Of a stretch of 64,000 nucleotides of DNA, positions 28,492 through 38,448 are shown piece by piece. Under the pieces are notes generated by a model, which had not been told where the DNA came from, did no database searches, and saw only the letters and a list, made by a program, of their open reading frames with translations. Origin of the DNA: Candidatus Parcubacteria bacterium (GTDB taxonomy: Bacteria; Patescibacteriota; Minisyncoccia; Phycocordibacterales; CAIJYI01); the NCBI GenBank assembly GCA_026395595.1, contig JAPLYL010000003.1, forward strand, positions 76,136 through 140,135. Direction: 5' to 3'. Both the position numbers and the translations under genes were made by a program. Numbering within the stretch: the first letter of the stretch is position 1; each line of letters starts with the position of its first letter.

Positions 28492-29472
28492 ATGGAATAT
28501 ATTATATTCTTTGTTCTCGTAGTTCTGTCCGCCTTTTTTTCCAGCGCTGAAACCGCTTACTTCAGCATACGGCATAGTCAGGTTCGCATAATGCAGGAAC
28601 AGAAGAAAAAGAATGCCGATCTGGTGCATCGCCTCAAAAATGATTCCGAGGGCCTTCTTATTACTATCCTCATTGGAAGCAATATCGTAAATTTTTCGGC
28701 TGCTTCCATGGCAACGATGCTTGGTGTGGAACATTTTGGCTCCATCGGGGTTGGTATTGCGACAGGCGCTGTTACGCTCATTGTTCTTATCTTTGGGGAG
28801 ATATTTCCAAAGACCATTTCTATTGTATACAATGCCGTTCTTGTTCGTTTAATGGCGAAACCTCTTTATGCTTGCGTTCTTGTTTTTGCTCCCGTGACGT
28901 GGCTTTTGCTTAAATTGCACCATTCAGTAACGGCCACCATGAAAATTAAAAAACAGTCGGTGGTGAGTGAAGAAGAAATTCGCGCGATGAGTCTTCTTGG
29001 GGTTGAACACGGAGAAATAGATAAAAGCGAACAAGAAATGATAGAAAAGATCTTTCGGTTTGATGATGTAAAGGCGGGCGACATAATGACTCCTATTGAT
29101 AAAGTTGAAGTATTGAACGGGGATGTTCCGATAGAACAAATTGCTTATTTTGTTGCTCATTCCGCTTTCTCGCGATTTCCCGTTCATGACGGAGGAACTG
29201 CCGAGAGGATCGTCGGGTATGTTCATGTAAATGACATCATGAAAGCGCTTAATTCAGACGACCGAGAGAGGCCCGTTATTGACTTCATGGATGAAATAAA
29301 ATGTGTGAGCGAGAATAAACCGGTGGATAGTATTTTCCGAAGCATGCAGAAAAGCAGACATCATTTGTATCTCGTTTATGAAGACGAGCATAAAACGGCT
29401 GTCGGTATCGTGACCATGGAAAATGTTCTGGAAGAGATAGTCGGAGAGATAAAAGATGAGACAGACGACTAA
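28492..29472 (+). CDS. CNNM/CBS (HlyC/CorC family) membrane protein
   Basis: SAFFSSAETA, FGEIFPK, FSRFPV, GIVTMENVLEEIVGEI.DE. Confidence 0.92.
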   Translation: MEYIIFFVLVVLSAFFSSAETAYFSIRHSQVRIMQEQKKKNADLVHRLKNDSEGLLITILIGSNIVNFSAASMATMLGVEHFGSIGVGIATGAVTLIVLIFGEIFPKTISIVYNAVLVRLMAKPLYACVLVFAPVTWLLLKLHHSVTATMKIKKQSVVSEEEIRAMSLLGVEHGEIDKSEQEMIEKIFRFDDVKAGDIMTPIDKVEVLNGDVPIEQIAYFVAHSAFSRFPVHDGGTAERIVGYVHVNDIMKALNSDDRERPVIDFMDEIKCVSENKPVDSIFRSMQKSRHHLYLVYEDEHKTAVGIVTMENVLEEIVGEIKDETDD

Positions 29473-29513
29473 AAAAAAGCCGTATCACTCAATGGGTGAT
29501 ACGGCTTTGATTT

Positions 29514-30287
29514 TTATACAAAAAATTGGATTACTTGAAAGTATCCGTAAAGAGCGTGGCTCCATGCGGCAACGCCGAATCCTTTTTTAAGATATACCCA
29601 CCCGAGGAATCCTCCTGACAGAAAACGGAAAGCAAACCCTCCTATCGTATAAGGATTATCCGGGTTATCAACTATACCGAAGTGTTGTCCTAATCCCGGG
29701 AAAAAGTGAAAGTAGTGGATTTCCGCAAAAACGAGCGAAGAAAATATGATGGCAATGAGAGAACTTTTGGATTCTTCCATCTCGCATCTTTTCAAAACCC
29801 AGAATGTACCACCCAGCAGTATTACTCGGCAAAGCAATTCTTCAAAAAATCCCGCTCCGCTTCTCATCGCAAACAATAACGGGAGAAGAGAAAAAGAGCT
29901 TTGATTCCCTTGCGGTAGACCGGACTGCATAAGGGATATAACAAAGGCAATGACCCAAAGTATGGCGGCAAAAGGAAATGCTTGTTTTATGGTAAACAAA
30001 ACATCTCCGGGGTTAAGGTCTAAAGGACCGGATTTTTTGCTTTCTCTGTAACAGAGAAAGAATAAAACCGCCATGACGAGAAACCCGGCAAGACTCTGTG
30101 GAATAAGACCAAACAGTGTTGCAAATTTTTTGAGCACGAGTTCGGCGTTTAGTACCATTTCCATCGGGCTTCCCGATAGAATAGAGTCTGACTCAGTGAT
30201 GACATAATGAAGGAAAAGCGGGATGGTTACGTATAGCCCGTACCTGACAGACATGGAAAGATTTGTTTCCTGTTTATTGATATCCAT
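29514..30287 (-). CDS. CPBP (CAAX-type) intramembrane metalloprotease
   Basis: EELLCR, FAEIH, HALY motifs; multiple TMs. Confidence 0.85.
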   Translation of the reverse strand: MDINKQETNLSMSVRYGLYVTIPLFLHYVITESDSILSGSPMEMVLNAELVLKKFATLFGLIPQSLAGFLVMAVLFFLCYRESKKSGPLDLNPGDVLFTIKQAFPFAAILWVIAFVISLMQSGLPQGNQSSFSLLPLLFAMRSGAGFFEELLCRVILLGGTFWVLKRCEMEESKSSLIAIIFSSLVFAEIHYFHFFPGLGQHFGIVDNPDNPYTIGGFAFRFLSGGFLGWVYLKKGFGVAAWSHALYGYFQVIQFFV

Positions 30288-30397
30288 AATTTCCCCTTTG
30301 GAAAATGGCAAAGAATCTATTTTTACGATATCGGACTTATTTCGTTTTGTCAAACATAAAAAGTTCCCCATTCCAAAACAGGAACGGAGAACATTAT

Positions 30398-31294
30398 TTA
30401 TTTCATATCAACTTGTTTCAGGGCTTTTTGAATTTCCCAAAAAGGTACGGCTCCTGATTGTTGCGTCATGCCGCCAAAATCTGGTTTTGTCATGGTCGCC
30501 ATTCCAATGACTTTAAAATCAAGCAATGAAATGACCGGACCCCCTGAGTTTCCTGAATTGATTGGGGCGATAAAATGAAGGTATGGCGTTTTTCCTCCTA
30601 CTCGGAATGTATTGTTTCCCAACATTCCTCGGGTAATAGTGAAAGGAAGTTCCAACGGGGTTCCTATCATGATAATCGGTTCGTCGGGGACGACATATGG
30701 TCCCGTTCCCGAAACTACTTTTCCGTTCACGATATGTGGCGATCCTGTGCGGAACTCTGCGACTTTCCATTTTTTTGGAGGCGTTCCGCTTGTTTGATCG
30801 TTTGAAATTTTAAGCACGGCGACATCCGACTCGGGAAAGGTCTTTATTACGTCTACATTCCAACGACGGTTTTGCGAGTCAATAATAAAGTTTTTGACGT
30901 TAAACCTCAATCCAAAAAGAGAAGAAACGGGAACGTTTCTGGTTTTTGCCAGATTATCCGTGCAGAATTTTTCTTTTGCCGCAACATCGACCACATGATT
31001 ATTGGTCGCGAAGTATCCTTTTTCGTCTACTGTAAAGGCAGAACCAACGCCTTCCACACATACAGATGTAACATCTTTTTGCGAAGCCTTGTCTTTTTCT
31101 GTTATATACAGTTTCATTTCAAAAGAAAAAACAGAAGGGGAGAGAAGTGCACGCGCGAATGTTGTTTCTTTGTATTCCTCAATAGCGGGTGCGTTCGGAG
31201 GGGACTGTCTTAGTGTCCCGACAGCGAAGACAACAGCAAGAGCGGTAAGAATGACCAGTGTGAAATTTCGCGCAAGAGCGAAATAGTATTTCAT
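30398..31294 (-). CDS. Trypsin-like (HtrA-type, no PDZ) serine protease
   Basis: TNNHV, DVAVLK, GNSGGP; N-terminal anchor. Confidence 0.9.
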   Translation of the reverse strand: MKYYFALARNFTLVILTALAVVFAVGTLRQSPPNAPAIEEYKETTFARALLSPSVFSFEMKLYITEKDKASQKDVTSVCVEGVGSAFTVDEKGYFATNNHVVDVAAKEKFCTDNLAKTRNVPVSSLFGLRFNVKNFIIDSQNRRWNVDVIKTFPESDVAVLKISNDQTSGTPPKKWKVAEFRTGSPHIVNGKVVSGTGPYVVPDEPIIMIGTPLELPFTITRGMLGNNTFRVGGKTPYLHFIAPINSGNSGGPVISLLDFKVIGMATMTKPDFGGMTQQSGAVPFWEIQKALKQVDMK

Positions 31295-31408
31295 GATAAA
31301 CTCCTTTGTTATCTATGGCAAACAGCTAAATTCTGCATTCAGACTACCTAACTTGCGCGACACTGTCAAATTTCTTTCCTTGTGTTTTTTCTGCTATTAT
31401 CGTGAGAT

Positions 31409-32323
31409 ATGAAGCATCCCCTGCTTATTGGCATAATTTTTGCGAGCGCTTTTTTTTCTGTAAGAAAAGAGGGGTTTGTTCTTGTTTCGCCGTCAAGAAA
31501 TGAAGCAACTATCATTGCGGTTGGGGACATTATGCTCGGACGTTATGTGGAAGAACTTTCTCTCCGTAAAGGCCGGAATTACCCGTTCGCTTCCACGACG
31601 AAAATTTTTTCCGGCGCCGATGTTGTTTTTGGAAACCTTGAAGGAACCGTTCCGAATGAACACGAAAAAACGCCAAACTATGGCTGGCGTTTTTCTTTCA
31701 ATAAAGAGGCAGTGAAGGAGGCTCGTCGTGCAGGAATAAATGTGGTTACTCTCGCAAACAATCATTCAACTGATTTTGGCGGAAGCGGATATGATGAGAC
31801 GGTTTCTTCTTTGAACGATATCGGGATTGTATCTGTGGGAAAACATTCTGATTATTTATATGAAAAAGAAGGGATAAAAATCCGGTTCATGGGTTGGAAT
31901 GATACGTTTGCGCCTCTTTCTCTAAAAACCGTTTCGGATAAAATTCGGGCATCAAAAAAAGAAAACGAATTTTTGATTGCCGCCGTTCATTTTGGTGAAG
32001 AATATGCGACCAGTTCCACTTCTCGCCAAAAAGAATTGGCGCGCGCCATGATAGATGCCGGCGCAGATGTCGTTATTGGGTCTCATCCTCATGTTGTAGA
32101 AGAAAAAGAAATCTACCACGAAAAACCGATATTTTATTCGCTGGGAAATTTTATTTTTGATCAGTATTTTTCGGAAGAAACACAAAAGGGACTTGCAGTA
32201 AAAATGACCATAACAGGGAGTACTGTGAAGTATGAAATGATGCCGATAAGCTTGCATAAAAGTCGTCCTCAATTGGATATGAATGCTGAAATTCAGAGTT
32301 TTTCACTCCCGCGTGTAAAATAA
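31409..32323 (+). CDS. CapA family (poly-gamma-glutamate synthesis-type) metallophosphatase
   Basis: VGDIML, GNLEG, ANNH, HFGEE, GSHPHV, YSLGNFIFDQ. Confidence 0.9.
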   Translation: MKHPLLIGIIFASAFFSVRKEGFVLVSPSRNEATIIAVGDIMLGRYVEELSLRKGRNYPFASTTKIFSGADVVFGNLEGTVPNEHEKTPNYGWRFSFNKEAVKEARRAGINVVTLANNHSTDFGGSGYDETVSSLNDIGIVSVGKHSDYLYEKEGIKIRFMGWNDTFAPLSLKTVSDKIRASKKENEFLIAAVHFGEEYATSSTSRQKELARAMIDAGADVVIGSHPHVVEEKEIYHEKPIFYSLGNFIFDQYFSEETQKGLAVKMTITGSTVKYEMMPISLHKSRPQLDMNAEIQSFSLPRVK

Positions 32324-32412
32324 AGATTTTTTTGTGGTATAATATATACTATTGTATGGTTTCTTTATTATTTATCATCGTTTTATTAGTAGTTATAATA
32401 ACAATTTTTTTT

Positions 32413-33435
32413 ATGGCCGAATCAAATGCTTCAAAACACGAGAACATGAAATCAAAGTCTTCCCCCAAAGACGTCTTTCTTCATATTTTGATGATCGGTG
32501 CTCTCTATGTGAGTACTTTCATGATTTCTTCGCTGTGGTTTGATTACATTAATTTCTGGTTTCCGGATAAATTGAATTATAACTATCGAGCTATTCTTGA
32601 AGGAATCCTCGTAGGCACTTCAACCCTCATTGTTATCTTTCCGGTATACTTGCTCACTTCGTGGCTTCTTGAAAAGGAAATCAAAATGGATAAAGAGAAA
32701 AGGGAAATGCTGGTTAGGAAGTGGCTTATCTATTTGACCCTCTTTGTGTCAGCGATTGCTATTATCGTTGAAGTTGTCCGTTTGGTATATAATTTCCTTT
32801 CAGGTGAACTTACGATGAATTTCTTTCTTAAGATATTGGTTGTACTTATTGTTGCAAGCGTCGCTTTTGGTTATTATCTTTGGGACGCAAAACGAAAGAT
32901 AGGCTCCGTCAGCAATCTTCCGAAATATCTCGCATGGACTACCGGTCTTATTATTTTCGGAAGCGTTGCTCTCAGCTTTTTTCTCGTCGGTTCCCCGGCG
33001 CATCAGAGAGCTGTTCGTTTTGATGATCAGCGTCTTGTTGATCTGCAAAGCATTCAAGGACAGGTTATAACCTATTGGCAACAAAAAGAGGCTTTGCCTC
33101 CCGCGTTACCTAACCTTGTTGACAGTGTCGGATGGTTTGTTTTGCCAACCGATCCCGATACTCGCACTCAATATGAATATATTGTAAAAGGTCCGCTTGC
33201 GTTTGAACTGTGCGCTACCTTTGGAGCAAAAAGCATTGAGACCGAGGCTCCGGATAGGGCGTATGTTTCTACTCCGTCAGTTCCGGGAAAAGTCGCTCCT
33301 GCTGAAAGCTGGTCTCATGAGATGGGAAGAACTTGTTTTGAAAGAACCATAGACCCGGAAATTTGGAAGATCAATAAGCCTTTGCCGGTCATTATTCAGG
33401 ACAAGACCGCACCTGCAGCCGTTCCTTTGCAATAA
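32413..33435 (+). CDS. DUF5671-like membrane protein
   Basis: PKDVFLH, RKWLIYLTLF, GSPAHQRAVRFD, DPDT...YEY...FELCATF; start uncertain. Confidence 0.75.
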   Translation: MAESNASKHENMKSKSSPKDVFLHILMIGALYVSTFMISSLWFDYINFWFPDKLNYNYRAILEGILVGTSTLIVIFPVYLLTSWLLEKEIKMDKEKREMLVRKWLIYLTLFVSAIAIIVEVVRLVYNFLSGELTMNFFLKILVVLIVASVAFGYYLWDAKRKIGSVSNLPKYLAWTTGLIIFGSVALSFFLVGSPAHQRAVRFDDQRLVDLQSIQGQVITYWQQKEALPPALPNLVDSVGWFVLPTDPDTRTQYEYIVKGPLAFELCATFGAKSIETEAPDRAYVSTPSVPGKVAPAESWSHEMGRTCFERTIDPEIWKINKPLPVIIQDKTAPAAVPLQ

Positions 33436-33551
33436 AAAAGAATCTTAAAACTGCCGCACAGTTCTTGTGTGGCAGTTTTCGTGTAATTGACAAAAAATCA
33501 TATGTCTGATATACTAAAATCAGATAAGCTATTTAAAAAGTGAGGTGTATT

Positions 33552-33827
33552 ATGTCTCCCATGACATTTGTTGTTGTTCTTGCAATTGTGATGTTTCTTG
33601 TTATTGTGGTGATGGTGCTTTTTTGTTACGTGTTTACGTACAAAAAAGAAAAAGAAATATTGATTATGTTGCTTCGTTCAACACTCGTTCAACTTCCTCT
33701 TGATCAATTGCAAAGAATTTCTATCGTCAAAGTATTCGGTGATGAGACCAACTTACGCCAGGATGCAGACGAAATTCTTCGCGATATCATCAAGCAAAAA
33801 TTGGATAAAAAATCCATCAAGAAATAA
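33552..33827 (+). CDS. Small single-TM protein
   Basis: TTGACA promoter, GAGGTG SD, terminator after stop. Confidence 0.6.
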   Translation: MSPMTFVVVLAIVMFLVIVVMVLFCYVFTYKKEKEILIMLLRSTLVQLPLDQLQRISIVKVFGDETNLRQDADEILRDIIKQKLDKKSIKK

Positions 33828-33963
33828 CAGATAAAGGGCTTCTTTTTGAAGCCCTTTTTGATTGACAGAATCGGGTGATTTGACTATCTTTCTTTTAGAG
33901 GTAACTTTCTATTGATAGTATTTGTTATCATAAGTACCCTAAAAATAAAAAAGGAGAAAAATT

Positions 33964-35808
33964 ATGTGTGGAATTGTTGGTGCGGTAAGAAAAAATAAAG
34001 CGGTGATTCCCGTATTGATTGAAGGGCTAAAAGCTCTTGAGTATCGGGGGTATGATTCCTCGGGTGTTGCCGTTATTGAAAACGGCAAGATAACTTGCAT
34101 CAAATCCGTCGGAAAAGTGACGGAATTGGAAAAACGGCTTCACGGACAACAACCTTTGAAGGGTTCTGTCGGGATAGCTCATACGAGATGGGCAACCCAT
34201 GGCGTTCCTTCGGAAAAAAATGCGCACCCGCATGTTTCTTATGGAAACCAAGTGGCGGTGGTGCATAACGGCATTATTGAAAATCACGAAAAACTGCGCG
34301 CACTGCTTGAATCAAGAGGGTACAAATTTTCTTCGGAAACAGATACTGAAGTTATTGCGCATCTCGTGGATTATTATCTCAGCGGAGAAAGTAATCTTTT
34401 TGAAGCGGTGGAAAAAGCGGTTCGCGAACTCAAAGGCGCGTATGCTATTGCTGTCATCAGTCCGAACGCTCCCGATATCATAGTCGCTGCCCGTTCCGGA
34501 AGTCCACTCGTTGTCGGCTTCGGCAATGAAGAAATGTTCGTTGCTTCGGATGTTTCCGCTTTGATTTCTGAAACGAATAATTTTACGTATTTGGAAGACG
34601 GCGATGTTGCTGAAATTTTTGCGGATGGTTGCGCTTTTCGCAATGCAAGCGGAAAAAGGGTCCATCGTCCGATGATCCAAAGCGAACTGACGGCGAGCGA
34701 TACTTCTTTGCATGGATTTCAACACTTCATGCAGAAAGAAATATATGATCAGCCGAAAGCGATTCGCGATACTGTAAAAGACGCATTGGCCGGCGGTGAA
34801 ATTCGGGAAGATTCTTTCGGTAAGAAAGCGCTTTCTGTGTTTCGCAAAATATCATCCGTGCAGATCATTGCGTGCGGAACGAGCTATCATGCCGGTCTTG
34901 CGGCAAAATACTGGATAGAACCGCTTGCGGATCTTCCTTGCAACGTTGATGTGGCGAGCGAGTATCGTTATCGCAATCCCCGTTTTCGCAAAGGAACGCT
35001 CTATGTGTTTATTTCCCAATCGGGAGAAACGGCTGATACGCTGGCATGTCTCAACATGATCAAAAAGGAAAGCCCTGATTCTTATACGCTGGCAATCTGT
35101 AATGCTCCCGAAAGCTCTCTTACGAGGGAAGCGGAACTGACCATTTTTACCCGCGCGGGAAAAGAAATCGGGGTTGCTTCCACAAAAGCATTTACGACGC
35201 AATTGGTAGCACTTCTTCTTCTGACCGTCGTGCTCGGTTGTGTTCGTAAAACGATTCCGTTGAAGACAAAAAAACTTATTACCAAAGGCCTTCTTGAATT
35301 ACCGGAAAAAATAGAAGAAGCGCTTTTGCTTGATTCAACGCTCCGTGCGCTTGCGCCGAAGTTTGTCAAAAAAGAACATTGTCTTTTTCTCGGACGCGGG
35401 ATTGAATATCCGATTGCTTTGGAAGGCGCATTGAAATTGAAAGAAATTTCGTACATTCATGCGGAAGGGTATCAGGCGGGAGAATTGAAACATGGGCCAT
35501 TGGCTCTGGTTGATGAAAATATGCCGGTGATTGCCGTGGCTCCGAATGATGCGCTTGCGGGAAAACTTCAATCCAATTTGAAAGAAGTCCGCGCTCGTAA
35601 CGGAAAGCTTTTTATTTTTGCTTCTCCTGAAACGAAGATCGTAAAAGACGAAGGAACAGAGATTATTCTGATTCCCGAGGTTGATGAACTTTTGGCGCCC
35701 ATCGTTGCCATTGTTCCGCTGCAACTCTTCGCGTATCATGTGGCAGTTCTGCGAGGAAAAGACGTAGACAAGCCGCGCAATCTTGCGAAATCAGTTACCG
35801 TGGAGTAA
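33964..35808 (+). CDS. glmS: Glucosamine--fructose-6-phosphate aminotransferase
   Basis: MCGI, EYRGYDS, HTRWATHG, SQSGETAD, VASTKAF, PRNLAKSVTVE. Confidence 0.98.
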   Translation: MCGIVGAVRKNKAVIPVLIEGLKALEYRGYDSSGVAVIENGKITCIKSVGKVTELEKRLHGQQPLKGSVGIAHTRWATHGVPSEKNAHPHVSYGNQVAVVHNGIIENHEKLRALLESRGYKFSSETDTEVIAHLVDYYLSGESNLFEAVEKAVRELKGAYAIAVISPNAPDIIVAARSGSPLVVGFGNEEMFVASDVSALISETNNFTYLEDGDVAEIFADGCAFRNASGKRVHRPMIQSELTASDTSLHGFQHFMQKEIYDQPKAIRDTVKDALAGGEIREDSFGKKALSVFRKISSVQIIACGTSYHAGLAAKYWIEPLADLPCNVDVASEYRYRNPRFRKGTLYVFISQSGETADTLACLNMIKKESPDSYTLAICNAPESSLTREAELTIFTRAGKEIGVASTKAFTTQLVALLLLTVVLGCVRKTIPLKTKKLITKGLLELPEKIEEALLLDSTLRALAPKFVKKEHCLFLGRGIEYPIALEGALKLKEISYIHAEGYQAGELKHGPLALVDENMPVIAVAPNDALAGKLQSNLKEVRARNGKLFIFASPETKIVKDEGTEIILIPEVDELLAPIVAIVPLQLFAYHVAVLRGKDVDKPRNLAKSVTVE

Positions 35809-35868
35809 CTTTAGGGAGTGTTAGTGGGTTATACCTGCTGACACTCCTTTTTTAATACACAAAAATAT

Positions 35869-36894
35869 ATGAAAAAAATAGTCACTATCGGAGGGGGGAC
35901 GGGGAGCTTTATGCTTCTTTCCGGACTCAAAAAATATCCTTTGGAAATAGGCGCCATTGTTTCTATGGCGGATAACGGCGGTTCCTCCGGTGTTTTGTGC
36001 GACGAACTGGGAGTTCTTCCTCCCGGCGACGTCCGCCAATGTTTGGTTGCGCTCTCTGATGCGTCCGACGATATGAGAGCTCTTATGAATTACCGTTTTA
36101 CGGAAGGAGGGCTTCGCGATCACAGTTTTGGAAACCTTTTTCTTTCTGCTTTGGAAAAAACACATAAAAATTTTCTGGAAGGAATTGATACGGCTATGGA
36201 AATTTTGAAAGTCAAAGGGCGGGTCATTCCCGTTACCGGAGACAAGGCGGAACTTCGCATGGAACTTTCTGACGGGACCTTCATTGAAGGAGAAGACAAT
36301 ATAGATCATGCTCAATTCCAAAAGACGGGAGTGAAAAAATTTCTTTTTGCTTCTCCTGTAAAAGCTAATCCTGTTGCTGTCGCCTCCATTTCCAATGCCG
36401 ATGTTATTGCTATCGGTCCGGGAGATATTTATGGAAGCATTCTCGCGAATTTGATTATTCCGGAAATTGCCGATGCAATACGCCGTTCTTCCGCTCCGAT
36501 AATTTACAACGTGAACCTGACGAATAAAAAAGGGCAGACGGAGGGGTTTGATGTTGATGACTATGTGAACGCGGTTGAGAGAGTCATAGGAAAAGGCCGG
36601 ATCAATTTTGTTTTGTATAACACGAAACAACCGGATCAGAAACTTCTCAAAAAATATGAAGAACAAGAAGGGGAGAACTTTTTGGTGGAATTTCATGCCG
36701 ATAAGAATCCAAAACGCGGGTATCGTCTCGTCCGCGGTGATTTTCTGAAGGAGGGAGAAATCAAACGGACAAAAGGAGATGCGCTCGCTTCTTCCCGTTC
36801 TTTTATTCGTCATGATTCCGAAAAACTTGCGAAAGCGGTTATGCTTGTTTCAGAACTGCCAGAATATGAGAGCATCATTTCCGATATTTTATAA
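35869..36894 (+). CDS. yvcK: YvcK/GlmR family (CofD-like) protein
   Basis: IGGGTG, DNGGSSG, PPGDVR, HSFGNL, RHD. Confidence 0.9.
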   Translation: MKKIVTIGGGTGSFMLLSGLKKYPLEIGAIVSMADNGGSSGVLCDELGVLPPGDVRQCLVALSDASDDMRALMNYRFTEGGLRDHSFGNLFLSALEKTHKNFLEGIDTAMEILKVKGRVIPVTGDKAELRMELSDGTFIEGEDNIDHAQFQKTGVKKFLFASPVKANPVAVASISNADVIAIGPGDIYGSILANLIIPEIADAIRRSSAPIIYNVNLTNKKGQTEGFDVDDYVNAVERVIGKGRINFVLYNTKQPDQKLLKKYEEQEGENFLVEFHADKNPKRGYRLVRGDFLKEGEIKRTKGDALASSRSFIRHDSEKLAKAVMLVSELPEYESIISDIL

Positions 36895-37094
36895 GTTGAC
36901 TTTTTCCTCGGCCCCGTGTATCTTTCTTTCTAGTTGAACTTTTTATCCGCTAAAAGATACTATGAAATCTTTTAGCAATGTACAGAAAATCCGATCTTTG
37001 GAATTCCGAAGGTCGGATTTTTGCAATTTGGAATGTTTGTCAACAGAGAGATTTTGAGCTACTATTACTCTATTATTAGTTTATAAAAATAAAC

Positions 37095-37907
37095 ATGGAA
37101 ATACTTTTTAAAAATAAGAGGTTTGTAAATGTCATTATTATACTTCTTTTTTCAGCTTCTCTCTTTTTGCTCGGACTTTTTCTTAATGGAGTAAAACAGT
37201 ATTCTTTTATCGGGCGCGATATTCCGGCTTTGACCACGATTAGCGTTACAGGAGAAAGCGAAGTCTTCGTCAAGCCTGATGTGGTGGAACTTTCTTTTTC
37301 TGTAAGCAAAGACGCCAAGACGGTCGGTGAAGCGCAGAAAACTTCTACTGAAAAAACTAACGAAATCATTTCTTATTTGAAAGAAATGAAGATTGACGAT
37401 GCTGATATTAAAACAACGGATTACAGCGTATATCCGAAGTACGAATATCAAAGAGCTGTTTCTTGTCTTGGAATGATGAACGGTTATTGTCCGGATGGAA
37501 AGCAAATTCTCGTCGGTTATACGGTCAATCAAACCGTTGATATAAAAGTTCGCAAAATAGATGATGCCGGGAAAATTCTCGTTGCCATCGGAGACAAAGG
37601 GGCGACCAATGTAAGCGGACTTAATTTTACGATAGATAAGAAAAAAGAAGTTGAGGCTGACGCTCGCAATAAAGCGATACAAGATGCGCAGAAAAAAGCC
37701 GATGTTTTAGCAAAGAATCTCGGAGTGAAATTAACGCGCGTCATCAACTTCTCTGAAGGACAGGCACCGACTCCTTACTATGGAATGGGAGGAGGAATGA
37801 TGAAAACGGCAAGTTTTGCGATAGCAGAAGACACTCCGGCGCCATCCATTCCTGTCGGAGAAAATAAATTTACTTCCAACGTCACGATTACCTACGAAAT
37901 ACAATAG
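37095..37907 (+). CDS. SIMPL (DUF541) protein
   Basis: ISVTGESEV.VKPD, AIQDAQKKA..LA..LGV. Confidence 0.9.
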   Translation: MEILFKNKRFVNVIIILLFSASLFLLGLFLNGVKQYSFIGRDIPALTTISVTGESEVFVKPDVVELSFSVSKDAKTVGEAQKTSTEKTNEIISYLKEMKIDDADIKTTDYSVYPKYEYQRAVSCLGMMNGYCPDGKQILVGYTVNQTVDIKVRKIDDAGKILVAIGDKGATNVSGLNFTIDKKKEVEADARNKAIQDAQKKADVLAKNLGVKLTRVINFSEGQAPTPYYGMGGGMMKTASFAIAEDTPAPSIPVGENKFTSNVTITYEIQ

Positions 37908-37921
37908 TGTAAAGAAATTCG

Positions 37922-37957
37922 CAAGAGCCTATCTCTTATCAAGGAGATAGGCTCTTG
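37922..37957. terminator. Strong hairpin between SIMPL gene and groES promoter
   Basis: CAAGAGCCTATCTC-N8-GAGATAGGCTCTTG 14-bp stem; no clear T tract. Confidence 0.5.
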
Positions 37958-38031
37958 TCGTAAAAAGTAAAAAATGTATAATATCGCTACGCTTATAAGA
38001 TAAAGAGCCATGATCGGCTCCTTCAACACCT

Positions 38032-38343
38032 ATGTCCACAAAAACAAAGATCATACCGCTCGCCGACCGCGCGTTGGTCAAGGCGGGAAATCCGAATGAC
38101 GGGAAAAAGACTAAATTCGGCATTATTATCCCCGAAACGGTAGATAAAGAACGCCCTGAAACCGGCGAAGTTCTCGCGGTTGGAGAAGGAAAAACTCTGG
38201 AAAACGGAGAAGTTCTTCCAATGAAAGTCAAAGTGGGAGATGTCGTTCTTTTTTCAAAATACGGCCCTGACGAAGTTACCATTGAAGGCGAAAAATACTT
38301 TATCATCCGCGAAGATTCCATACTCGCCATTATAAAATCTTAA
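38032..38343 (+). CDS. groES: Co-chaperonin GroES
   Basis: PLADR, GIIIP, GEVLAVG, VKVGDVVLF.KY. Confidence 0.97.
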   Translation: MSTKTKIIPLADRALVKAGNPNDGKKTKFGIIIPETVDKERPETGEVLAVGEGKTLENGEVLPMKVKVGDVVLFSKYGPDEVTIEGEKYFIIREDSILAIIKS

Positions 38344-38355
38344 ATAAATAATATA

Positions 38356-38440
38356 AAAATAGTAAAATAGTAAAATAGAAAAATTAGCCAACGTTTTTGT
38401 TTTGAATTTTCTTATTTTTCTATTTTCTTATTTTTCTATT
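38356..38440. repeat. Inverted 8-mer repeat arrays between groES and groEL
   Basis: AAAATAGT/AAAATAGA units, then TTTTCTTA/TTTTTCTA units. Confidence 0.7.
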
Positions 38441-38448
38441 TAAAAAAT

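Noticed and set aside
33830-33963. glmS ribozyme
   Set aside because: Leader is short and AT-rich with none of the conserved core sequence.
37922-38031. CIRCE operator before groES
   Set aside because: The inverted repeat does not match TTAGCACTC-N9-GAGTGCTAA.
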